Source: Candidatus Atabeyarchaeum deiterrae (lineage in GTDB: Archaea; Asgardarchaeota; Atabeyarchaeia; Atabeyarchaeales; Atabeyarchaeaceae). Taken from it: a stretch of 64,000 bases of DNA. Both the position numbers and the translations under genes were made by a program. Of the stretch, positions 10,455-20,176 are shown piece by piece. The DNA is taken from positions 2,400,001 to 2,464,000 of the forward strand of contig CP147780.1 in NCBI GenBank assembly GCA_037310415.1. Direction: 5' to 3'. Position 1 is the stretch's first letter. The number at the start of each line of letters is the position of its first letter. The notes below the pieces were generated by a model, which was given only the letters and a program-made list of their open reading frames with translations, did not search any database and had not been told where the DNA came from.

Positions 10455-10592
10455 GCCGCCGTAGCTCAGCCGGCAGAGCGCCAGCCACAGAGGCGAAACA
10501 TGGTGTTTTGCCTCCAACTGGAATCGTATTTGCAGACTTGGGTCAGACGGGCAAGTTGGTGGTCGCGAGTTCAAGTCTCGCCGGCGGCTCCA
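10455..10592 (+). tRNA. tRNA-Thr(CGT) with two introns (32/33: 10487-10523; 37/38: 10529-10553), CCA encoded
   Basis: Acceptor GCCGCCG/CGGCGGC + T discriminator + CCA; D arm GCTC/GAGC; anticodon stem CCAGC/GTTGG; T arm GCGAG-TTCAAGT-CTCGC. Removing both introns gives the loop CT-CGT-AA. Each intron has a BHB-type junction. Confidence 0.92.
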
Positions 10593-10743
10593 AGACCTCC
10601 CAGCAAGTGGACGATTGCAGCGTCAATGCCGTGAAAGGCGATCGTCAATGTCTCAACTTCTGACTCGTCCGCATTGGCAATGAAGAACGAGTCTGAAAAC
10701 TTATCTGAAAAAAGGAGAAGGTTCAACGAAGTAATTGCGTGTT

Positions 10744-11556
10744 CTATTTGAGTTTATTATGAGAGAGTGCTATGCCTCTGCCTGTGTCGATCTCCAATGG
10801 CATCATGTCTATGTAATGCGCAGTGCCACGCATCTTGCTAATCTCTATTGTTCTTAGTCGTCTAGTTCCTCTTTCGACCATCCGCAATATGATGACTCCA
10901 GTCGAAATAAATTCCTCAACTCCGAAACGTCCAAGCACCTGTGCGCCCCTGCTGATCTCTGATGTCAGTATTGACGTGACGCCGAGCTGCGTTAGGAGTC
11001 TTGAGAGACCGAAGAACTCTCTCCGAGCTTCTATTGGGTCCCTAAAATGAAGACCGATGACTGTGATTGGATCTATTACTATTCTCTTCGCGCCTATCTC
11101 CTTGACTGCCGTCTCGAGATCTCCGTAGAAGTCCTCCATCAAGTACTCACTAAGGTCAAATGGTTTCACTCTGGTCGGAACCTGTTTGGACAAATTCAGA
11201 GGGTACGAAATGGACGCATCTATGAACCTGAGCTTGTCTTCACCCATTATTCGCCCAAGGTCCCACTTGAATTGAGCCATGTTTTGGAAGACTGCATGAG
11301 GCGGTTCCTCAAACGTAACATAGACTCCTGGCTCATTGTACATGGAAGCGCCTTTGTAAAGAAACTGCATGCCAAACGTTGTTTTTCCTGATCCTGGTTC
11401 ACCAGCTACGAGAACTTGGCTGCCGAAGGGTATTCCCCCGCACAGAACCTCGTCTAACCCGTCTATGCCACTCTTTATTCTCTGAGTAACTGCACCTTCC
11501 CGTTCACCCTTGTTGGAACTCGAACCAAACTCTGAAGATTTTGGAATAGACCTCAA
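10744..11556 (-). CDS. KaiC/RAD55-like RecA-superfamily ATPase (single domain)
   Basis: SGIDGLDEVLCGG, Walker A GEPGSGKT, YVTFEE, Walker B IVIDP, KMRG. Start position uncertain. Confidence 0.9.
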   Translation of the reverse strand: MRSIPKSSEFGSSSNKGEREGAVTQRIKSGIDGLDEVLCGGIPFGSQVLVAGEPGSGKTTFGMQFLYKGASMYNEPGVYVTFEEPPHAVFQNMAQFKWDLGRIMGEDKLRFIDASISYPLNLSKQVPTRVKPFDLSEYLMEDFYGDLETAVKEIGAKRIVIDPITVIGLHFRDPIEARREFFGLSRLLTQLGVTSILTSEISRGAQVLGRFGVEEFISTGVIILRMVERGTRRLRTIEISKMRGTAHYIDMMPLEIDTGRGIALSHNKLK

Positions 11557-12023
11557 CCCCTCGAAATTTATGAGCTAAGGCTCTCTGCCACTATTCAATC
11601 ATAACAGAGGAATAGGCATTTTTCTTGTGAGGAGCTCTTAATACTGCCTTATTTATGTCTCCCCTAGGTAGTTTGCTATACTACATTAGCCTGCAGAATA
11701 TTATATGTGTTGTGTGCGTTCAGCGATACGCCGTTTATCGATCCCCTTTTGTCTTCTGAATGAGAATGTCCAAGCTCAGGTAACTGAGGGTTTCTCCTGC
11801 GATTTTCCAAATATCGAGAAAGAATCACCCGCCCTTACGCACTTGCGAAGATCGTAAGCGAAACTAAACATTTAAGAAACACTTCTAACAAGAGACTTTA
11901 CAAGCGAGATGGCCCGAAGAGACTTTTTCGAGGCTATCCGAAATCTGACCCAAGCGGATATATAATAAAATTCGAGTGCGCAGGAGGTAGTCAGATACGT
12001 CTTCAATCCCAGCAGTTATAAAG

Positions 12024-12320
12024 TTGAGTTTTAAGGAAAAAGGCTTCATTGAGGGTTCAACAAGCGCAGATATACTTCTCACCGTTGACGTGCAAGCGAA
12101 GAAAATGTTACTGAGAACAAGCCCGGGCACAAGCTTCATTGATGCAAGAACTGCTGAAAGGCAAGCTAGGGCATTTCCTAAGTCTGGTATCACTCTAAGG
12201 AACGGAACCCGAATAGGTCAAGGATTCGAACTCGTTATCGAGAACGATGTTGCCCCACCTGAGAAATTGCGTCATTCTCCAAGAGAGGTATATGTTGGCG
12301 GTCGCAGAGATGAGCACTGA
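12024..12320 (+). CDS. Small hypothetical protein, possibly a divergent gelsolin-like fold
   Basis: 98 aa. DILLTVD-x5-MLLRTSPGTSFIDARTAERQARAF resembles the strand-strand-helix core of gelsolin repeats. Confidence 0.6.
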   Translation: MSFKEKGFIEGSTSADILLTVDVQAKKMLLRTSPGTSFIDARTAERQARAFPKSGITLRNGTRIGQGFELVIENDVAPPEKLRHSPREVYVGGRRDEH

Positions 12321-12481
12321 AAGACCGGATATATGTCGCTTAGAAGGGTGCCGATGCGAGGCGGGAAGCTGAGACTTGTTACCTAACTAGGTTTCTCCAT
12401 GATTCACCCATTTTCTTGTTGATTCAACTTCTCCAGAGTTCTTCTGCTAGATCGCCTCGTATAGCAGGCTCTTAACCCGCT

Positions 12482-13321
12482 TCATGTTTTTTTGACTTTA
12501 ATTGTATTCTTTACAAAGGTCCCTATGCATTCGTCGACTTCGTCTGGTTTCTCGTGCATAATCATGTGTCCTGCTCCGCTTATCACCTTGAGTTGGGAGT
12601 TTCTGATATTTTTGCGAAGGTATTCGGACCATTTCACCGGGGTGAGTTTATCTTCGTCTCCGACTATAATTAGAGTCGGGAGACCTATCTGGGAGACGTG
12701 TTCCCTTATATCGAAATCATTGCAGGCCTTGAAGTCTGCTATGGCAACTTCTTGCTTGCACTTGACCATCTCGTTTATTCCTTCTTGGATAATAGAACGG
12801 TCGGTCTTCTGGGCGTACGACCATGCTGCAACGCCAGTTCTTATAGCTTGTTTGAAGTTCTTTGATAGTCCTTCGATTATTGCTGGGTTCACGCCGAGCT
12901 TCGCACCTGTACCTATCAACACCAGCGCTTTGACCTTGTCAGGATAGTCCAAAGCGAATCTCATTGAGATTGCACCACCCATTGAGTGCCCCACGAGAAT
13001 CGTCGTGGAAGCGCTAAGCATTGACAAGATAGTATGAATATGGTCAGTATATGATTTTACCGAGACCAACTGGCCTGCGGCAAATGTGGCTGATTCGCCA
13101 TGGCCAGGCAAATCTACTGCCATTGTCTTGCTTAGAGATGATAGGACGGGCATTTGCTTTCTCCAAAGCGTGTGATTGTACGCTGCTCCATGAACTAACA
13201 CTATTGGAGTCTGACCGACTCCTTCACTCTGAATGGAAGTTCTGATGCCTGAAACGATAATAGAATTCAATTCCTCTCTTTCCTCCTTTATTATCTCGGA
13301 AGCTGGTGTCAGCATTTCCAT
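12482..13321 (-). CDS. Alpha/beta hydrolase
   Basis: VLVHG, DLPGHGES, GHSMGG nucleophile elbow, GDED, GAGH. Confidence 0.92.
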   Translation of the reverse strand: MEMLTPASEIIKEEREELNSIIVSGIRTSIQSEGVGQTPIVLVHGAAYNHTLWRKQMPVLSSLSKTMAVDLPGHGESATFAAGQLVSVKSYTDHIHTILSMLSASTTILVGHSMGGAISMRFALDYPDKVKALVLIGTGAKLGVNPAIIEGLSKNFKQAIRTGVAAWSYAQKTDRSIIQEGINEMVKCKQEVAIADFKACNDFDIREHVSQIGLPTLIIVGDEDKLTPVKWSEYLRKNIRNSQLKVISGAGHMIMHEKPDEVDECIGTFVKNTIKVKKT

Positions 13322-13448
13322 CCTTCACTAATATAAAGGTGTTTCATTGCAGATTACGCAATGGGACAAAAACCCATAAAAGTGATGATAGTCATATTAT
13401 TAACAAATTTGTGCACTTTGCAGTTCCTCATGGGGTGTAAAGTACAAT

Positions 13449-14078
13449 ATGTCTCAAAAGATTGGTGATAAGCCAACTGCCACCTCAGGTGGCGTTAAAG
13501 TCTACCACATTGTCAGAGGAAATCTCATTGAAGAAAAGACGATGCAATTCAATGATGGGGACACATACGTCATAGACAACGGCCTAGAAATATACGTTTG
13601 GCTCGGAAAAGATTCGTCTGTCGACGAAGATTTCGCTGGTGCGTGGGCCGCTGAGCAACTCGATCTGTCCAGAAGAGGTGCTCCAAAGGTCACTACTGTC
13701 GATCAGGGGAAGGAGCCCAAGAAACTCTTGGATCTATTAGGACCCAGTTTCAAGGTAGCGCATGGCGGAGTTGAAGGAATGCTTACGAAAGTTGAGCCAA
13801 AAGAAAAAGAGATTGCTCCCACCCTATATTCAGTCGGTGATGACAAGATAACCAAAACTCAGTTGAAGAGGTCCGCACTCAACAGCAGAGAATGCTTTGT
13901 TCTTGAGGCAGCCAAGACTATCTATGTTTGGGAAGGCAAAGACTCTCCCGCTAAGGAGAAATACATGGCTGGCCACTCGGCCCGAGAGTTAAACTCCAAA
14001 CGAAAGTTCATGGTTCCAATAAAAGTGATCCCCGAAGGAGAAGAATCAAAAGACTTTGATAGGCTGTTCGAAAAGTAG
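13449..14078 (+). CDS. Two-domain gelsolin-family actin-regulating protein
   Basis: Two repeats: GDTYVIDNGLEIYVWLGKDSS..E...QGKEP and RECFVLEAAKTIYVWEGKDSP..EK...EGEES. Confidence 0.88.
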   Translation: MSQKIGDKPTATSGGVKVYHIVRGNLIEEKTMQFNDGDTYVIDNGLEIYVWLGKDSSVDEDFAGAWAAEQLDLSRRGAPKVTTVDQGKEPKKLLDLLGPSFKVAHGGVEGMLTKVEPKEKEIAPTLYSVGDDKITKTQLKRSALNSRECFVLEAAKTIYVWEGKDSPAKEKYMAGHSARELNSKRKFMVPIKVIPEGEESKDFDRLFEK

Positions 14079-14120
14079 GGTAAACAAGATTTCGACGTCG
14101 CGAGCGGTGTGATGGAACTC

Positions 14121-14540
14121 CTACGACTCGCGTTCCACCTTGATTTTTTCTCCAATTCCAACTCTTTTGAAGATCTTTGGATCCCCGATGACTTTTCCGA
14201 AGACGTTCACGGGACTATATGCCATTGGTTTCTCTGTATCGCTGATTGGAGTTGGACCGAAGAAGATGCACATGGATTCTCCAGGAGGCCAATATGCCAC
14301 ATCACCTAGTTCAACGTCTTTTCTGGATTTCTCTTCCTGAACTTTGGCTGGGATCTTGAAATAAATCTCGTCTCCCCATAGTTCGGCCGTGGATTCAAAT
14401 GGTAGGGCTGTCCAAATGGCCTCTGCAGTCTTGGGATTTCTCTCAATCAACTCGACACGAACTTCGCCTGTGGACTTCGCACAGACTCTCATGACTCTGT
14501 TAGCCAAATCTGACCGCATGCCTTTTCTATTGGACAACAC
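14121..14540 (-). CDS. Cyclophilin-like fold protein (DUF369/TM1367-like)
   Basis: PKTAEAIWTALPF, WGDEIYF, GDVAYWPPG..CIFFGPTP, SPVNVFGK. True start is probably downstream of 14540. Confidence 0.85.
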   Translation of the reverse strand: MLSNRKGMRSDLANRVMRVCAKSTGEVRVELIERNPKTAEAIWTALPFESTAELWGDEIYFKIPAKVQEEKSRKDVELGDVAYWPPGESMCIFFGPTPISDTEKPMAYSPVNVFGKVIGDPKIFKRVGIGEKIKVERES

Positions 14541-14687
14541 GTGTTCACTCTCCTAGTAGCTGGGATACATTTGCTTGGTCGTAACAATCCCTTTTTGTCT
14601 GATTTTCTCTCATTACCTAACCAGCGAAAATCACGGCACGTTCGCTGCTTTTGAATGTCGTGTTTATTTGCGGCAGGATGCGCTGAG

Positions 14688-15635
14688 TCAGGTCACGAGT
14701 TCTATCCCAGGTAATCTCGCTACCTTCCTCAAGTTCTCCATCGCTTCGTTTGTAGGAGGTTGTAGTCCTTCTAGCGGATACTTTAGGCCCAGTTTCCTGT
14801 ACTTGGGTTCCCCGAGACGATGGTATGGCAAGAGGTCGAGTCTTTCAACGTTGCCAAGCTCTTCGCATAGTTCTGCTATGCCTCTTACATTCTCGATGCT
14901 GTCAGTGTATCCAGGAACTATCGGGGTCCTAATCCACATGCGTTTGCCAAGTTCGGCTATTCTCCGTGCATTCTCCCAGATCAGCTCAGGGGTAACACCT
15001 GTGCATGTCCTGTGCGTTACTGGGTCTATCAACTTGAGATCATATAGCACAAGGTCAGTGTTGTTCAGTATCTTCTCAAGTGAACTCCATTTAGTTTGTC
15101 CACATGTGTCGAGCGCTGTATGAATTCCCATTAGCTTGCACCTAGAGAATAGTCCAGCAACGAATTCCGGCTGCATTGTGGGCTCCCCCCCTGAGGCGGT
15201 CACGCCACCGCCGGATGTTTCATAGAAAACTTGGTCCTTGAACACTTCGCTGAATATCTCATCTATTGTTACTCTCTGCCCGATTATTTCTCTTGCTTTC
15301 GAAGTGCATGCCTTGACGCATTCGCCACAGGAATTGCACTTCTTTCTGTTGGTTATCAGCCCTTCTGGTCTTGCTTCTATGGCTTGTTTAGGGCAAGCCT
15401 CAACACATGAATGGCAGCCTATGCATTTAGTGTCATGCCAGACAAGCTCGGGTTCGGAGCCAATCCCCTCGACATTGTGACACCAGAGACATCGCAGGGG
15501 GCAACCCTTCATGAAGACGGTAGTTCTAATGCCTGGGCCATCTTCAGTAGAGAACCTTTGAATATTGAAGATAATGCCAGTGATTCTTGTCGACACTGCA
15601 AAACCACCGAATGTGATTTCTCTGCATCCTTTCAA
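14688..15635 (-). CDS. Glycyl-radical enzyme activating protein (radical SAM with ferredoxin insert)
   Basis: IQRFSTEDGPGIRTTVFMKGCPLRCLWCHN, two CxxCxxCxxxC motifs, GGVTASGGEP. Confidence 0.93.
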   Translation of the reverse strand: MKGCREITFGGFAVSTRITGIIFNIQRFSTEDGPGIRTTVFMKGCPLRCLWCHNVEGIGSEPELVWHDTKCIGCHSCVEACPKQAIEARPEGLITNRKKCNSCGECVKACTSKAREIIGQRVTIDEIFSEVFKDQVFYETSGGGVTASGGEPTMQPEFVAGLFSRCKLMGIHTALDTCGQTKWSSLEKILNNTDLVLYDLKLIDPVTHRTCTGVTPELIWENARRIAELGKRMWIRTPIVPGYTDSIENVRGIAELCEELGNVERLDLLPYHRLGEPKYRKLGLKYPLEGLQPPTNEAMENLRKVARLPGIELVT

Positions 15636-15782
15636 GAGGAAGAATGTGTATTCTTTCTTTTATAATGATGCTCGTTAACTGTCACACTCAGATCAGGAAT
15701 CCTAAGCACCATATGTCTCAGAATTCATAAGCATGTTAATCACATTTGAGAAGGCACACCGAAGAGAAAAAGAGTGGGAGGT

Positions 15783-17675
15783 TCAAAACTCGAGGTCATC
15801 AAACCTGATGATCTCATTCGTCGAACCAACCACAACGAATGTGCAGTTGATGTGGTTACCTATCGAGCATATCACTAGTTCCGTCCAGTCAATCGTTGGC
15901 ATGTTTGCCTGTACTCCATGGAGAATGCTCCAAGTCGAGTTGTATGTGGCATTGATGTAGTAGTTTGTGTTTCCTGCAACTTCGTACGACCATTTTCCTG
16001 TTATGGTTCCTCCATGAATCGAGACTCCCAAGTTTTGTTTTGACGACACCAGTGAGATGAAACTTGCGGTGGCTGCTTCAACCCCCATTTGACCAGACAT
16101 TCCTGTGACATCTTGAACCACAACATCTGATTGGTCCAAAGCGTTTACGATTCCGATATATTTCAGTTGCCAAGTGTCTCCCGTTACATAGTATACTGGC
16201 GAGAGCCACGACAGGTAGCTACTCATGTTGTAGAGAATGGGCATCTCAACTACGAACTCTCCCGCTGAAGGCTTGTAGAGTTGACTTTGTATGACATCCT
16301 TTGCCCTTGAGCCGGATAGCATGTTCGACTGTGAGACATCATAGTATCTTATTCCAGTATGGTCTGATATGAAGATCCCAGTAAGGGTTTGTTCAGTTGC
16401 ATATGGGTGCATTGATGTGAATGAGATCATTTCGTCACCATAACGGAGGAATCTAGTGTCTTCGTCCATGGCAACTCTATCGTTGCTCACTGAAATGCCT
16501 ATGAATCCTCCTGCAAATATGTCGAATGATGACCCTCTTCTTGAGGATCCCCAGTTGGTGATCTGGTTTTCAAGCCAACCTTCATCGTAAGGCTGAGGGA
16601 TCCATTTTGGCATACTTGTTAGGTTGTAACTCTCCAAGTAGGCTCCATTCACGGCATCCCAAACGTCAACGCCGAATGCTTGCATCTGCAGTGAGGGGTC
16701 AATCGAATACTTGGGTATGCAGTATACGAGCTTGCTGTCTGGTGTTTTTGTCAATATTGCACGATCGTACTTGTAGTTAGGATCCCGATAGTACGCCTGC
16801 AGCAGTATGTCTTTTCTATTGTTCAGTCCTGTTCCGCTGGCAAGCGCTAGTTCCTGATGCACAAGAAGTGGAGCCTCGTTGGGATCTGTGGCTGATAGGA
16901 CGATGTAGCCGTAAACATGTTGGTCGTATCCTGCTCCAAGCCAGTATTGCTGAACAACAGTCATCGTCCAAACGAGTTTGTCGTCCCATATTGCTATGTG
17001 AATGTTCTCGACCTGAACATTGCTGCCAAACGAAGCCATGTGCTGCTTTGCCTTGGCGTACGCAACATCAGTAGTAACGAGACGGACATCGGATGAGTTG
17101 AAAACGAAGAACGAAGGATATCCAGTGCGTTTCTCTACCATGCTGTCGAAGTAGTTGGCGTTTGCCAGAACGGCGGTCGTCCCTTGCATTACTGCGAAGG
17201 TCAGTGGAATACCAACGAGGAAGACGATGAGAAGAATTGATACGGCTTTGTGCCGTAACACCCCTGGTTTCTCATCTTCGCCTTCCCTTTTTCTGAGCGT
17301 TATTCTTCTTCTGTACCCCTCGCGAACCGTTTGGAACTCGAATCTGCTTGTGTATCTTGCAAGCAGTATGTTGAAAATCTTGATCCACACTATGGCAATA
17401 GCTATTTGCCAAGCAAGCCACTCGGATCCAACTAAGGAGAATACGATCAGCAATTCGACTACCAAGAACAATGACTTGCCAAATGAAAGTAGCTTGCCAG
17501 TAACGCTAAGGCTCTCAGGAATCACCAAAATGATAATCGAGATAATTGCTACTATGTCGAAAAATGCACCTGCACCAGTCACTGCTTTGGCGATGAGGTA
17601 GACAACAAGGAGTATCACCATGTTTATCATGAGTCCAACAAAATAGCGGTAGTAGATTGAGGTAGCTCTTGACAA
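15783..17675 (-). CDS. Hypothetical membrane protein with large extracytoplasmic domain
   Basis: 630 aa. About 4-5 N-terminal TM segments, then a ~450-aa soluble beta-rich region with N-x-S/T sequons. Confidence 0.7.
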   Translation of the reverse strand: MSRATSIYYRYFVGLMINMVILLVVYLIAKAVTGAGAFFDIVAIISIIILVIPESLSVTGKLLSFGKSLFLVVELLIVFSLVGSEWLAWQIAIAIVWIKIFNILLARYTSRFEFQTVREGYRRRITLRKREGEDEKPGVLRHKAVSILLIVFLVGIPLTFAVMQGTTAVLANANYFDSMVEKRTGYPSFFVFNSSDVRLVTTDVAYAKAKQHMASFGSNVQVENIHIAIWDDKLVWTMTVVQQYWLGAGYDQHVYGYIVLSATDPNEAPLLVHQELALASGTGLNNRKDILLQAYYRDPNYKYDRAILTKTPDSKLVYCIPKYSIDPSLQMQAFGVDVWDAVNGAYLESYNLTSMPKWIPQPYDEGWLENQITNWGSSRRGSSFDIFAGGFIGISVSNDRVAMDEDTRFLRYGDEMISFTSMHPYATEQTLTGIFISDHTGIRYYDVSQSNMLSGSRAKDVIQSQLYKPSAGEFVVEMPILYNMSSYLSWLSPVYYVTGDTWQLKYIGIVNALDQSDVVVQDVTGMSGQMGVEAATASFISLVSSKQNLGVSIHGGTITGKWSYEVAGNTNYYINATYNSTWSILHGVQANMPTIDWTELVICSIGNHINCTFVVVGSTNEIIRFDDLEF

Positions 17676-18004
17676 ATCACATCACACCTAGAACCTTCCA
17701 ATCTTGCATTTTTACTCTAACCTCTTGCTTCTTGCAGATATAAAGATTACTGCAAATGCAAACGCTTTTGTCAGAGGTAATGACTGACCATGGACATTGT
17801 GAATCCTTGTTCATGCGTCAAGAAAAAGCTAATAAAGCGGATGTTTCTTAACGATTCTTCTTATCAGAAGAGAAGGTTAAATAACACTATAGACAAAAAG
17901 AAGCACCATTGGGACAGTGGAACCTGACTGAAACCCACTCTCCATATGGTTTGAGGTAGCTGTAGATTGGACTCTCAGAAATCCAGAGAGGTGAAACATG
18001 CTCA

Positions 18005-18502
18005 ATGAGCCCAGTTCCCCCTCGATTCAAAGTTAACCGGCAGGTTGAAAGAGGAATCCACGCACTCACATCAGTCTTTGTTGGGCTCGAACAATCGAGT
18101 GCATTTATGAAAATCTTTAAGACAGAGCAGAATGTGAGGAAATTTCTTGAAGGCATGAATCTGAGGATTGAAGAGGGAGACGGATACATGTACGTTGACC
18201 CCTCAATTGGACACATAATCGTGAGCAAGAAATATCTCCAAGAAGGAGAAATAGAGATGCTTTACCTAGACATTATACACGAGTCAGTTCACGTGAAACA
18301 ATGGAGTGAGGGAAATAACTTGTACGACACGCAGTACAGCTATGTCGAGAGGCCAACTGAACTTGAGGCTTATGCAGTAGTCGTTGACGAGGCCCGGCAA
18401 ATGGGAATGACTGAAGAGCAGATTGTTGATTATCTAGAGGTTCCCTGGATTTCCAAGAAGGACTTGAGGTTGCTCGCAAAGAAACTAGGGATTGAGAAGT
18501 GA
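18005..18502 (+). CDS. Hypothetical zincin-like metalloprotein
   Basis: HESVH (HExxH) followed by YVERPTELEAY. Confidence 0.65.
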   Translation: MSPVPPRFKVNRQVERGIHALTSVFVGLEQSSAFMKIFKTEQNVRKFLEGMNLRIEEGDGYMYVDPSIGHIIVSKKYLQEGEIEMLYLDIIHESVHVKQWSEGNNLYDTQYSYVERPTELEAYAVVVDEARQMGMTEEQIVDYLEVPWISKKDLRLLAKKLGIEK

Positions 18503-19020
18503 CCTTGGCCGTCATCTTTGGAGGCATGCCATCAGAAGAGTTCCATCTGCGAGATTACCACAACAATGAAGCGGGACTGAGATGACTTCTCTAGTGACTC
18601 GTTGGGTCTGCAATCACCTCCTCAATAAGAAAAATAGGTCAATTGCTTCTTTGCAGTTCATCTGAACTGTGCTCCAGTCAATTATTGCTGCCAGTTGGGG
18701 ATTGGCCAAAATCCCTTTGATCCCAAGACTTACTATTGTAATCCTCGGTCGAAAAACCAACTGGCACGAACAAATATGCATGGCGGTGCTGCACCCACGT
18801 CAGATGATTACCGCAGAGCGAAGAGAAGTAATGCAAGCAGGAAAGCGGAATACTACGTCAGGCAATAGGGAGTGACAATCATTTCCGCACTTGGTCGCGG
18901 TGACGGTGTCGCGCGTACAGATTTACACGAGATCACAATGCATCAACTGCTCCTTATTTATTCTACTGGCAGTTTGCAAAACTCAAAATCTATAAGAATA
19001 GCCCCACCACCTTCATAATC

Positions 19021-19033
19021 GAAATATATAAAA
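19021..19033 (+). promoter_or_regulatory. Putative BRE/TATA promoter of the four-gene membrane-protein operon
   Basis: GAAATATATAAAA about 90 bp upstream of the first ATG (19120). Confidence 0.5.
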
Positions 19034-19119
19034 GGGATCAAGTAAGCATATAGGGAATGAGTCCTACCTAATAGGGGGATTCGAAAAGAAAACATGAATA
19101 ACTAGAGAGTGAACAGCGA

Positions 19120-19431
19120 ATGTCCAAGAAAGTTTCGTTCCCAGTAATGTCGCTAACACTTACCGGAGTTCTATTCATACTTGGTCTTCTTGTGCTTGCA
19201 ATGAAAACGTTCTTGTTCGTAAATCTAGGATTGCCTGCCTCTACTAGCGCGCTCATCAATGGTCTATTCGGTTTCCTTGGTGCGTTCTTCATGCTCTGGG
19301 CTCTGACAAGCATATGCCTACACCCAGACATCGACGACAGCAACGTTAAAGCAATATTCGTAACCTTCACAGTGTTCATCATAATCTTGATCTTCACATC
19401 CGTGGGCTTCTTGACTTTAGCACTATACTAA
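19120..19431 (+). CDS. Small 3-TM membrane protein, paralog A
   Basis: Starts MSKKVSFPVMS; contains FLGAFF..WAL.S..LHPD; GAGTGA ribosome-binding site. Confidence 0.85.
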   Translation: MSKKVSFPVMSLTLTGVLFILGLLVLAMKTFLFVNLGLPASTSALINGLFGFLGAFFMLWALTSICLHPDIDDSNVKAIFVTFTVFIIILIFTSVGFLTLALY

Positions 19432-19449
19432 AAGGAGTGATCTAGAAAA

Positions 19450-19755
19450 ATGTCTCAAAAATTAGGATTTCCATACCTTGGCCTCGGAATCTCAGCTATA
19501 ATCTTCCTTATCTTTGGCATACTATTTGCTACGTTGGTCCCAATCATCTATACTCTCCTTGGTGCATCGAGTGTCGTTCTCGCCGCGTGGAGATTCATAG
19601 GCATATTCCTGACCGGATGGGCTTTGTTAAACTTCATGGTCTGCAAGGATCTACTACCAATGCAGAGACTAATCGCAGCGTTCTTTGCCTTCTTGGCACT
19701 AGTAACACTATTCATCACGCCGCCACTGGTATACCTTTCGTTCACAGTAACCTAA
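19450..19755 (+). CDS. Small 3-TM membrane protein, paralog B
   Basis: Starts MSQKLGFP; contains FIG..L.GWALL.F...QRLIAAFFA; GGAGTGA ribosome-binding site. Confidence 0.85.
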   Translation: MSQKLGFPYLGLGISAIIFLIFGILFATLVPIIYTLLGASSVVLAAWRFIGIFLTGWALLNFMVCKDLLPMQRLIAAFFAFLALVTLFITPPLVYLSFTVT

Positions 19756-19797
19756 CTTCCTTAGCCATAAGGAAGTGAGGGATCCTCCAAGGAGGAT
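19755..19797 (+). repeat. Two adjacent perfect inverted repeats (hairpins) in the operon's central spacer
   Basis: ACTTCCTTA-GCCA-TAAGGAAGT (19755-19776) and ATCCTC-CAAG-GAGGAT (19782-19797). Confidence 0.75.
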
Positions 19798-19847
19798 GGA
19801 TAAGTAAAAAGAATAAGCAGATTCGACTAAAAAGAGAGTGATAATGA

Positions 19848-20153
19848 ATGTCCAAGAAAGTTGCGTTCCCAGTAATGTCAGCTAGTCTAACTGGAATACT
19901 CTACATACTTGCATTGCTACTCGGAACATTAGCAATCCTCGTAGATGGACTTGCATTGCCAGCAGCAACCAGCGCTTTGGTCATCGGACTATTGCTCTTC
20001 CTAGGAGCATTCTTTGGAGGCTGGGCTCTAATCAGCTTTGCACTCCACCCGGGACTCGACAACAACCAGAGATTCGTCGCAGCGCTATTCACAGCACTAC
20101 TATTGCTTGTCTTCTTCAACCACGGCGGAAACACATTCAGCATTTCGTTCTAA
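19848..20153 (+). CDS. Small 3-TM membrane protein, paralog A'
   Basis: Starts MSKKVAFPVMS; contains LPAATSAL..GL..FLGAFF..WALISF.LHPG; GAGTGA ribosome-binding site. Confidence 0.85.
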   Translation: MSKKVAFPVMSASLTGILYILALLLGTLAILVDGLALPAATSALVIGLLLFLGAFFGGWALISFALHPGLDNNQRFVAALFTALLLLVFFNHGGNTFSISF

Positions 20154-20176
20154 TAGATGGAGGTTGAAACGTAGCT

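Noticed and set aside
10389-10574. 61-aa minus-strand ORF
   Set aside because: Antisense to the tRNA-Thr gene, with no protein features.
18510-18625. GGAGGTGA on the minus strand followed by a 33-codon TTG ORF
   Set aside because: The start directly abuts the ribosome-binding site and the peptide has no recognisable features.
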